A stretch of 64,000 bases of DNA from a virus (lineage: Duplodnaviria > Caudoviricetes): positions 1 to 64,000 of the IMG/VR virus record IMGVR_UViG_3300046526_000553; one strand, given 5' to 3'. The translations under genes and the position numbers were made by a program. Positions 53,590 through 61,787 of this stretch are shown here, in pieces. Below the pieces are notes generated by a model, which ran no database searches, was not told the DNA's origin, and worked only from the letters and a program-made list of their open reading frames with translations. Each line of letters opens with the position of its first letter. The first letter of the stretch is position 1.

Positions 53590-56492
53590 TATGCTAACCC
53601 CATTAATCTAAATCGTTCTAGCCAATTCACACCGTCCCATTGACATCTGATTGTATCAATCGTGTTTGCGCCTGTGGATAAAGTTAATGTACCACCGGCT
53701 TTCTTGAAGTTTGCCGGCCACGTTACGGTTCTTGAACCTGTACTATCCTGTGTTAAAGTCAAGGTCATCTCCTGCCCGACATAATCACCTGCCCCGAATG
53801 TAACTGTTATATTACCTGTTAAGGTCGCACTTATTGTTTCTCCGTTGACAATATCGAAGGTCGTAGCTCCTGTAACACTTCCCTGATTGTAGGGAATCTT
53901 CTCTATAATACTCGTGGTACTGTTACTTATAGCAGTCGGAGTACCGAATACCAGTGATGCTCCGCTCACAGTTGTCCCGGCATTCGTGTTTAGTGTTACC
54001 TGTGTTGCTGAGGTAAATGAACTTATAAGACCATAATAGAGTCCACCAGATGCTGCTGCTCCTATGATATAAACAGACTTACCTACGTCGCCCGAAACAA
54101 ATCCAGCAGTTGAGGACGTTAGGATAGCAGCACCACTAGTTATGGCTGCATCAGTAGTACGTTTATATACAGAAAAATGCCCATTTGATAAATTATTCCG
54201 GTTTATTCTTGCATAACTTGAATTATATAAAACCGGCACTGGAATGCCATAGAATTTATTATTCTCAAATATGTTAGGTATTCCAGCCGATAAACCGCCC
54301 GAAGTTTCATAGAACCCGTATACTGCTATACTGTGAGTTGTATTAATCGTCGGTAGAGCAGCCCCCGCCACTAGTGTCGAAGCTGGCTGCGTCCACACCA
54401 TAGCACCGTTAGTCAAAGGATAGCCGGAAGATTCTTGTTCATTCTGCCATGAGGTATTCATGAAGTCTTGTAAGGTTTCAGTATTGGTGGTCGTGCTTAT
54501 GTATATATTCACCTTTTTTGCACCGGATGGAGGAACTTGAGCGCTTCCTAGCCAGTCCGAATATGTAGGGTGTGTGACTTTTAATAATTGTAAATCAGTC
54601 AATGCTAAACTAGCTTCGCTTGATGGTGCAGTTTCCCCAGAATCATTAACCCATGTATATTTAACAAAATAAGTTCTGGCTCCCAAGCCTGTAGATGCCG
54701 ATGATACAGCCGTTAATGATGGTGCTGTAGTTGGTGTTGGTAAAGCCCTATCATCAATAAAGGTATTGTTATTGATTTCAATACCGCCGGGGGTAAACTG
54801 TAATGCTGCTACATTTATATCTGCATTATTCGGAGAAGTGGGAGCTGTTGGACAGTTATATACCGTATTATTTGTCCACTTAGACGGCCATTGCCTTGAA
54901 TATGCCCCTAATCCACCAGCAATCTGAAGCTCCCATAATATATTATGGTCAAAATTACCAAATATTGAAGCATCATGGTCAGCTATATTGAAGCATTTAT
55001 AGACCAAATTATAGCTGAAATCATAGAACATGCTCGGGGCTAAACCTAAGCTAGTATTGTGCTGACCAATAGATAGGATTGTTTTAAATTTCCAGAATAT
55101 ATTGTGATGTAATTTTACGCCCCATGATTCATGGATATTTATGAAATAATGTTCAGAGGTTGAGACGGCTCCATCCACAAAACAATGGTCAATCTCTAAG
55201 CCACGCAGACCATTTTTCGATACATCCTGTATCATTCCTATAGTTGAATTTAATGTGAGCATATTATTGTTAAAATAACAATGAGATAGCTGCCAATCCT
55301 CGTTTGAACGGATGCTAGTATTAAGGCTCGCCGAAGATTCACCTGTTGTATTCCATGCAATACAACCTCCCTGCGAGTTAATAAATCGACAATAACTCCA
55401 TTTCACACTACTGCAGTTTTGACCATTCACATAGAAATGATATTTCACGCTGCCATCAAATATACAATTAGTCATGGTAATATCTGATACCGGTCCTCTA
55501 TCCGTTGAGCCTCGACCAGAATATATTTGTACTAATCCCTGGTCTGGTACCCCCAAATTAGCTAGATATACTTTGCTTATATCAATAGTTTTAACATAAT
55601 CACCATTAGAGAATGTACCACCCTTAATGACTATTGCACCCTGATTACCATTTTGGTTAGCACAATCAATCTTCAAATCTCTAAAGGAAATATTCTCGAT
55701 GCCTTTGGTGCTGGTTGCATCAATGTTAAATGGAGAAATAGTATTTGTCGCAGCGATTACCTGCGATTTTTTATAACCCAATCCTGTAACAATTACATTC
55801 GAGCTATTCAAATTAATGTTCGCAGTGACTAAAGATACTCCTGGTATGAATAATGTACCGCCTCCAGCGCTGTTTAAGGCGGTTACACAGTTATTTATAG
55901 CCGATTGGTCACCGGAACCATATACATAAATTCCATTACTTATTGCCCAGTCAGCAGCTACGGACAAAGTTATATTGTGAGCATCAACGAATGTTATCGT
56001 TCCATTCAGTGGTATGCCACCTATCGTTAAGGTTGCAGAGCTAACTGTAGTACTTGCATTTACCGCTATTATTACATGCGTGCTGTCCGTGTATGAGGTA
56101 ATAGTGGTAGTAAGATTAGCTCCCGCTACTCCAGCTCCATTTATTGTTATTGGGTTACCTACATCATAGTTTTGGAAGTTTGAACCTGTTAAAGTGTTCG
56201 TACCTGATGTTATTGCACCAGCTGCTGATGTTGTTCTATGCAAGCCATCCTGTAATATGAATCTTTTACCTGTATCGGCAGATGTAAATGTAGCTGATGT
56301 TGACTGTAGATTAGTTCCGCCTGCGCTTACAACTGCATCAGTAAGTGTAATGCCATCACATTTAGCGCCATAGTCCATTACATTATAAATGGATAAATTA
56401 TTTATGACAGTGTTAGTAGAATTATGCGCTGATGCATGGTTTGTAAGCATGACCGTATTATCGGCATAATTCGTAGGCAGAGGATATGTCAT
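53589..56492 (-). CDS. Beta-helix spike protein, paralog of 51043..53589
   Basis: YNVMDYGAKCDG, GGTLFIPG; YFVKYTWV..SGET..S; C-terminal QD.TGSRTVTWP..D....WDG.NW. Confidence 0.8.
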   Translation of the reverse strand: MTYPLPTNYADNTVMLTNHASAHNSTNTVINNLSIYNVMDYGAKCDGITLTDAVVSAGGTNLQSTSATFTSADTGKRFILQDGLHRTTSAAGAITSGTNTLTGSNFQNYDVGNPITINGAGVAGANLTTTITSYTDSTHVIIAVNASTTVSSATLTIGGIPLNGTITFVDAHNITLSVAADWAISNGIYVYGSGDQSAINNCVTALNSAGGGTLFIPGVSLVTANINLNSSNVIVTGLGYKKSQVIAATNTISPFNIDATSTKGIENISFRDLKIDCANQNGNQGAIVIKGGTFSNGDYVKTIDISKVYLANLGVPDQGLVQIYSGRGSTDRGPVSDITMTNCIFDGSVKYHFYVNGQNCSSVKWSYCRFINSQGGCIAWNTTGESSASLNTSIRSNEDWQLSHCYFNNNMLTLNSTIGMIQDVSKNGLRGLEIDHCFVDGAVSTSEHYFINIHESWGVKLHHNIFWKFKTILSIGQHNTSLGLAPSMFYDFSYNLVYKCFNIADHDASIFGNFDHNILWELQIAGGLGAYSRQWPSKWTNNTVYNCPTAPTSPNNADINVAALQFTPGGIEINNNTFIDDRALPTPTTAPSLTAVSSASTGLGARTYFVKYTWVNDSGETAPSSEASLALTDLQLLKVTHPTYSDWLGSAQVPPSGAKKVNIYISTTTNTETLQDFMNTSWQNEQESSGYPLTNGAMVWTQPASTLVAGAALPTINTTHSIAVYGFYETSGGLSAGIPNIFENNKFYGIPVPVLYNSSYARINRNNLSNGHFSVYKRTTDAAITSGAAILTSSTAGFVSGDVGKSVYIIGAAASGGLYYGLISSFTSATQVTLNTNAGTTVSGASLVFGTPTAISNSTTSIIEKIPYNQGSVTGATTFDIVNGETISATLTGNITVTFGAGDYVGQEMTLTLTQDSTGSRTVTWPANFKKAGGTLTLSTGANTIDTIRCQWDGVNWLERFRLMGLA

Positions 56493-56501
56493 TCTACTCT
56501 A

Positions 56502-56531
56502 ATTGTAAGAAGTGAAGCTTGGGTTTGGCAA
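56502..56531 (-). promoter_or_regulatory. 18-bp-spacer promoter TTGCCA-N18-TACAAT
   Basis: -10 element 9 nt before the ATG at 56492. Confidence 0.65.
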
Positions 56532-56538
56532 TGTTGGG

Positions 56539-57246
56539 CTAAATACTGTCGGCTATTATATTATGTGAACCACAGTCAGCGCATTTGAAAACTGCTCCTT
56601 TACCGTGCTTACCAGAGCGTAACTGTAGATTACTTATATCATTATTCTGCTTATTACCATCTTTATGATGAACCGTCTCATGAGTTTCAAGCTTACGTCC
56701 TAAAAATTCTGACATGACTGCTCGGTGTTCCATCATCTGCCCAGATTGTCGGTCGGAATATTCAGGTCTATAAATTATTATATAACCACCGTTATCCACT
56801 CTTTTCTGCCTATTCTTATCATGGTGTTCGATATAACACGACCGAGTACAAAAACGTTGCGTTTTATTTTTCTTTGGATGAAAACTATTGCCACAATTAA
56901 CACAATCTCTATCTGCATACGTTCGTGGCTTACCTGGCACACATTCGGAGCTACAGTATTTAGAAGATTTTCGCCAAGGGGCAAACATCTTACCGCAAGT
57001 TGAGCATGCTCGTTCAGGCATTCTAGGTCGATGTTCACCTGCGCATTTTCGTGTACAAAACATTGTATCTTTATTCCTAGGATGAAACATAATGCCACAA
57101 CCAGGGCATCTCTTATCTTCTAGCTTCCTTGGTTTGCCACCAGGCCAGCATTCACGACTACAGTACCTAGCAAATTTATTAGGTGGTCTAAATAATTCGT
57201 CACATGTCTCACATTTCTTATCTTCTAATGTTCTCGGTCTAGCCAT
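56539..57246 (-). CDS. HNH endonuclease with four Zn-ribbon repeats
   Basis: 4x C..C...F.P.....(Y/F)C(S/T)..C; EHR.VM...LGR.L...ETVHHKDG.K.NN; promoter TTGACT-N17-TATACT. Confidence 0.9.
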   Translation of the reverse strand: MARPRTLEDKKCETCDELFRPPNKFARYCSRECWPGGKPRKLEDKRCPGCGIMFHPRNKDTMFCTRKCAGEHRPRMPERACSTCGKMFAPWRKSSKYCSSECVPGKPRTYADRDCVNCGNSFHPKKNKTQRFCTRSCYIEHHDKNRQKRVDNGGYIIIYRPEYSDRQSGQMMEHRAVMSEFLGRKLETHETVHHKDGNKQNNDISNLQLRSGKHGKGAVFKCADCGSHNIIADSI

Positions 57247-57362
57247 TCAATATTCTCCTTCAACTTTATCATTTACATTGAAGAGTATATCAAATTATAT
57301 TTAATAAGTCAATACCCAAATGACTGTAAACTCTGTACCTCACACGCATTGACGTTTATAGC

Positions 57363-57391
57363 AAAAAGAAAAAGGAACCTTTCGGCTCCTT
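57363..57391 (-). terminator. Intrinsic terminator
   Basis: GGAGCC-GAAA-GGTTCC-TTTTTCTTTTT. Confidence 0.85.
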
Positions 57392-57436
57392 CATCTTACC
57401 CTTATCAGTTATATACTTTACAATATATTTGACAAT

Positions 57437-58312
57437 TTACCCATTTGAGTTTATCGTGAGTGAGTAAGTAAACTGAATGCTATCACTTGCGTTGACATTG
57501 ATGGCCGAGAATACTTTGTGGTCCCACATAATAGGACGTATAGTATAAGCCTCGGTAGTACCAGGTGTTGCCCCAGCCGTACCATCGGCATCTTTATACC
57601 AAGCCACAATAGTAAATACTGAGGTAGTATTCGATGTGACAAATCCCCATACAGTTGTAGTACCGGCTTCAACAATGTGTTGTTGCTGTCCTTGCACGGT
57701 TGTAGAACTTGCTGTCAAAGGCGTACCTGTTACAGTCCCCGAAGTAGCGCTTGTAGCAGTAAACGGAGTACCTGTAGTTGCTGAAACTGTTGACTGTGTA
57801 ATCAGACACCATTCAGTAACCGCTTCAGAACCCGTATAGCTGATTGTTGCAACTGTCTGATACTTCTGTAGTACTGCACCAGATACAAGGCTTTGTGTTC
57901 CTGCTATAGGAGTCTGGCCGCCTTGTGCGGAAATTGTATTAACCTTGTAATCAAATTGCGTAGCTGCTGTTGCGCTTGTTCCTGTAAAATGCCAGTTAGC
58001 TAGTTTCAATGTATTAATAGCTGCAGCTGAAGGAGAAGCTAGGTTCCAGTCATTAGCTAATGCCAATACTCCCACGTTGGTTACAACACCAGGTCCTAGG
58101 TCAATTTCAGTATCTTTACCAATACGATAATTGTCCAGCCAGTTCAAGCTCATCACCTTAGTAGCAGGTATTGCCTCACCGTTACGAATGACCTTAGCTT
58201 TAAGGTTTGTCTCAAAGAAACTACCTGCGCTGAATCCACGTCCAGCTGAACCGAACCGTGAAGTTGCTACACCAAGCTGACCTAAGAAAGGCAGATTGAA
58301 TATTTTACCCAT
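57437..58312 (-). CDS. Putative fibre-attachment/collar structural protein
   Basis: VTN.G...AVTE...F.AINV...DSIQFTY.L, resembling tail-collar fibre proteins. Confidence 0.6.
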   Translation of the reverse strand: MGKIFNLPFLGQLGVATSRFGSAGRGFSAGSFFETNLKAKVIRNGEAIPATKVMSLNWLDNYRIGKDTEIDLGPGVVTNVGVLALANDWNLASPSAAAINTLKLANWHFTGTSATAATQFDYKVNTISAQGGQTPIAGTQSLVSGAVLQKYQTVATISYTGSEAVTEWCLITQSTVSATTGTPFTATSATSGTVTGTPLTASSTTVQGQQQHIVEAGTTTVWGFVTSNTTSVFTIVAWYKDADGTAGATPGTTEAYTIRPIMWDHKVFSAINVNASDSIQFTYSLTINSNG

Positions 58313-58544
58313 TATTTTCCTCCTCTGCTACTGCAGCTACTTCTTCAGGAGCAGTTGGCTCTTCTGCCGGAACTTCACCCCCAGACTCATCAGTTACTTC
58401 GACCAAGCCAGGGTAATTTGCAAGAACAACAGGCGGATGATAATCCGTTGTTACACTTAGCTGTTCACCTGGTTTTACGTCACCAATCCCAACAATCGAT
58501 AGTGCTTTTGAACCCGTATTTTTATAAATCCTTGTGGTTGCCAT
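58305..58544 (-). CDS. Small protein with acidic tail
   Basis: RBS GAGGG; overlaps the next gene by 8 nt. Confidence 0.7.
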   Translation of the reverse strand: MATTRIYKNTGSKALSIVGIGDVKPGEQLSVTTDYHPPVVLANYPGLVEVTDESGGEVPAEEPTAPEEVAAVAEEENNG

Positions 58545-58579
58545 AAATTACCCTCAAAATTATCTATGCTTCTATTAAA

Positions 58580-58609
58580 AGAGTACATAAGGAGTGTAAT
58601 ATCTGACAA
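58580..58609 (-). promoter_or_regulatory. 18-bp-spacer promoter TTGTCA-N18-TACTCT
   Basis: Direct reading. Confidence 0.65.
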
Positions 58610-58674
58610 TAGATAAAATGCGGAAATGTGTTCGAGGAGTTGATTTTTGGATGGTGTTGGTGTATAATTAGTTT

Positions 58675-58825
58675 ACTGCTTTCAGAAGTGAAGTTTAGGC
58701 TTCCATGCGAGGAATAGCAGGCGCGTCAAGTCGCGTCCAGACGTGTTGCGTTGAGGCGAGTCATGTCTTGCCCCGGCAAGTCAACCAACTTATACAGGGA
58801 ATCGTGAGAAATTGCGGTTCTCTAT
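58675..58825 (+). ncRNA. Candidate ~150-nt GC-rich structured RNA
   Basis: TTGATT-N17-TATAAT; CTGCT/AGCAG three-way junction, GCGCG/CGCGT, GGCGAG/CTTGCC, GGAATCGTG/TGCGGTTCT. Confidence 0.55.
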
Positions 58826-58827
58826 AA

Positions 58828-61368
58828 TTATCCAACGACTTCAGATAAATCCTTAAGCTTAAATGGGATAACAGCGCATCGACCGTGCGGATGCTCTTCT
58901 GGAAAATCACCCGGAGATTGACGAACCATGTCAGCATAAGGAATACATTTCGGACAAGGGTCGCTAGCTGTTTTCCATATATAACTATCTACCATACCAC
59001 TATCTTGCCATACGGCAAAATTACTGTATTGTAATGCCCTATTAGCTTCGGTTATTGCTATTCTTTCAGCTCTATATCCAATGGCAGCTCCATAAACATT
59101 CTCTACTCTATCAGCCAATTCTTGTGTTGTTTCAGAAGCATTAATACCTTCATTCAGGGAAGCACGCAGTTGTTTCGTTGTTTCTGAATCAACGCCTTCA
59201 AAGACAATATCCGTGTGCTGCTGGAAATATTTATCAACCTTACCGGTTACATCTCTATAATCCACAGGTTCTGCTGGGGCAGGAGCATTATAACCATATC
59301 CTTCCGGGTCATTTATGAGTTTTGCCCCCAGACTGCCTCCACTAGTGGTAGTGCCTTTATAAATTGGAACCATATCCTTTTTCCAAGCAGCTAAACTTGC
59401 AACAGGGTCAAATAAATCATTTAATTTATTCTTATTTTCTTTCTTAGTTGCCTTCTGTAAGGCTTTTGTGCCGAACATAAATCTGGCAGACACATTATTC
59501 AGAACTTCACCTTTTTGTTGTTCAAATCTTAGCTTCGAAGCTCGCATAAATCTAACTTCGAACACATCTGCAGTATGTTGACGTTCTTTTAGATAGTTTT
59601 CAGTAACAAATTGTTTGGTAAATAATAATGTATATTTTGGCTTGGGTTTATTGGCTTGAGCCTTTTCTGGCTCAGTGACTAAAAAATCGCTATCGCCTCG
59701 ACTTTCTACCTGTGCTATCGGTTTAGGAAAAGCAGGTAATGAATCAACTTTGACTTTTTCAACTGGTTTTGATATGCTCCGAACTGCACTTGTGGCATCA
59801 GATGCGGCTGAACCACTGTCTGGCACGCCTGTAGATAAGCCTGTACTCGTCGTACTCCCAGCCGTATCTTGCGCATCTGGTGTATCTCCCCCTTCATCAG
59901 ACTCTTCCATTTCATTGCTGGTTTCTCTTGCCTCCGAAGGGTCTTCCTGCACATCTGCAGGTCTTCCTGATGGTACTGGCTGGGCTGAGACAGCTCCTAA
60001 AGGCAACAAATTAGCTGGTACGAATATCTGATTTCCTCCCGCAACAGGGAGGTCACCTCGTCGAGCTCTGATTTCGTTTATGGTTGCAAAACCAGGATTA
60101 TTTGTCGTCCCCAGAGAAGAAACATTGTCTTTCAATACTTGAGCCGTATCCTGTGGCACTGGGTCAGTAAAGCTAACCAATAGATTTTCACCATTTTCAT
60201 AGTCTGGAGCCAAATCCATCGTAATTCTATTGACAAGTCGCTGCATTCGTATTCTAATTCTCTTGCTGAAAATATATTCGGCCGTGTCTGCGTTGGCTCT
60301 GCTCATGCTTTCATCAAATCCAGCCAATGACTTAGGCACGCCGAACAAAGATAGAATCATATCCCTGTTGAAATTACGTCCTTTCAGGAACTCCATATCC
60401 CGCTGATTAATCTGAAGATTTTTAAACTGCAGACCTCCAGATAGAATAGCTGTACGATGTGAATTAACAGCCCCACCATAAGTATTCATCCACTCATCTT
60501 TCAACCTTTTGAAAACTTTCTCATCAATCTGTTCATCAGTCGTTAAGAACCCATCAGGCATTGCCGTGTTATAAAAGAATCTTTGATTGAAAATGGCTGC
60601 ATGGGTGTCTCCATCAATGGTGGTAGAGCCTGCCATAACCGCACTGTAGCCATGCCTGAAGTCCATAGGATTACCGTATTTGTGGTGAACAACATCTTCA
60701 GGATTTAAAGGGATTTGCTTGCCATTTGTAGTATAAACATAACCAACTATAAAGTGCTTTTGGTCAGGCACCACAGCTACCAGGTTTGGTAGTAACGGCC
60801 ATAATTCAATTGGTTTCTTTTTCTTATCTCTGACCACGAACCAATAGGCATTACCCGTTAATTCCAGATGCAAAAAACATATTTCTAGGAACTCGTTTTT
60901 GCTCATACTGGCATTTGGATTATTTAGCAAATCCAAAAGCGGATGATTATCTAGTTCTTCAAGTGCCGTCACGCCTTTCTGAATCTTAATCTGTCCACCT
61001 TTAGTTTCAAGGTAAGTCACCTTTTTATTAGCATAGAGAGCAGCTTCCTTGGGAAATTCAATTAATTTCTGGCTTAAAGCCATATTATTTAATTTGCCTC
61101 GATTCAAAAATAACCGTAGGTCTATAGCTGCCGATTGGTCAGCCACCATCTTGGCAGCAATATATACCCAATCCCGATAAGCCATTAATTGCTGTCGTTC
61201 ATTATTAAAACTGGAGAAAGCTGGATTCCATGAATTAGCCCCCATAATGGAGCTTGCTGCATCACTCGGGGTCGTATAATCCTTGTTTTGAAGATTGGGA
61301 AGCGTTGTTGATTTGTGGTCTACTCGTTCATAACCGAAATTTGTGAGTGCTTTATCGAAAAATCCCAT
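58828..61368 (-). CDS. HK97-type portal protein fused to a MuF/SPP1 gp7-like domain
   Basis: HPL..LL..PN, LTGNAY, G.S, FGVP, TINEIR; C-terminal RAERIA.TE...W.TA.DPCP.C...HPHGRC. Confidence 0.93.
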   Translation of the reverse strand: MGFFDKALTNFGYERVDHKSTTLPNLQNKDYTTPSDAASSIMGANSWNPAFSSFNNERQQLMAYRDWVYIAAKMVADQSAAIDLRLFLNRGKLNNMALSQKLIEFPKEAALYANKKVTYLETKGGQIKIQKGVTALEELDNHPLLDLLNNPNASMSKNEFLEICFLHLELTGNAYWFVVRDKKKKPIELWPLLPNLVAVVPDQKHFIVGYVYTTNGKQIPLNPEDVVHHKYGNPMDFRHGYSAVMAGSTTIDGDTHAAIFNQRFFYNTAMPDGFLTTDEQIDEKVFKRLKDEWMNTYGGAVNSHRTAILSGGLQFKNLQINQRDMEFLKGRNFNRDMILSLFGVPKSLAGFDESMSRANADTAEYIFSKRIRIRMQRLVNRITMDLAPDYENGENLLVSFTDPVPQDTAQVLKDNVSSLGTTNNPGFATINEIRARRGDLPVAGGNQIFVPANLLPLGAVSAQPVPSGRPADVQEDPSEARETSNEMEESDEGGDTPDAQDTAGSTTSTGLSTGVPDSGSAASDATSAVRSISKPVEKVKVDSLPAFPKPIAQVESRGDSDFLVTEPEKAQANKPKPKYTLLFTKQFVTENYLKERQHTADVFEVRFMRASKLRFEQQKGEVLNNVSARFMFGTKALQKATKKENKNKLNDLFDPVASLAAWKKDMVPIYKGTTTSGGSLGAKLINDPEGYGYNAPAPAEPVDYRDVTGKVDKYFQQHTDIVFEGVDSETTKQLRASLNEGINASETTQELADRVENVYGAAIGYRAERIAITEANRALQYSNFAVWQDSGMVDSYIWKTASDPCPKCIPYADMVRQSPGDFPEEHPHGRCAVIPFKLKDLSEVVG

Positions 61369-61404
61369 TATGCCCCTATTTGTCCTTCTAGTATATCTGC
61401 ATTT

Positions 61405-61434
61405 ATAATAGCTTACTCCTTACACTGTTGTCCA
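61405..61434 (-). promoter_or_regulatory. 18-bp-spacer promoter TGGACA-N18-TATTAT
   Basis: Direct reading upstream of the portal gene. Confidence 0.55.
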
Positions 61435-61507
61435 AAATTCGAGTTGCAATTTGAATAAATTAATGTTTCAATGGGAAAACAGTATATTTTTTAACAAGAG
61501 GGAAGGT

Positions 61508-61783
61508 ATGAGAATTCCTATTACACCATTGAAAGACCAGGTTCTAACCAAGGCAAAAGAAAAACAAACAAAAACCGCCAGCGGTTTGTATATCCCTGAC
61601 AGCGCTGCAAAAGATTCTTCAACAGCTGAAGTTTTAGCTGTGGGTGAAGATGTGAAAGGCATTGAAGTTGGTGATTATGTTATTTACACCAAAGAATATG
61701 ATACTACTGAAATTGAGATTGAGACCGAAAAATACAAACTCATAAAAGCCGAAAATATAATAGCAAAGGTTGAGGGGAATTAA
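61508..61783 (+). CDS. groES: Co-chaperonin GroES
   Basis: PL.D.V, KTASGLYIPDSA, VLAVG, VGD.V, ENIIA. Confidence 0.95.
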   Translation: MRIPITPLKDQVLTKAKEKQTKTASGLYIPDSAAKDSSTAEVLAVGEDVKGIEVGDYVIYTKEYDTTEIEIETEKYKLIKAENIIAKVEGN

Positions 61784-61787
61784 ATAC

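Noticed and set aside
61380-61507. CIRCE/HrcA operator before groES
   Set aside because: No TTAGCACTC-N9-GAGTGCTAA match.
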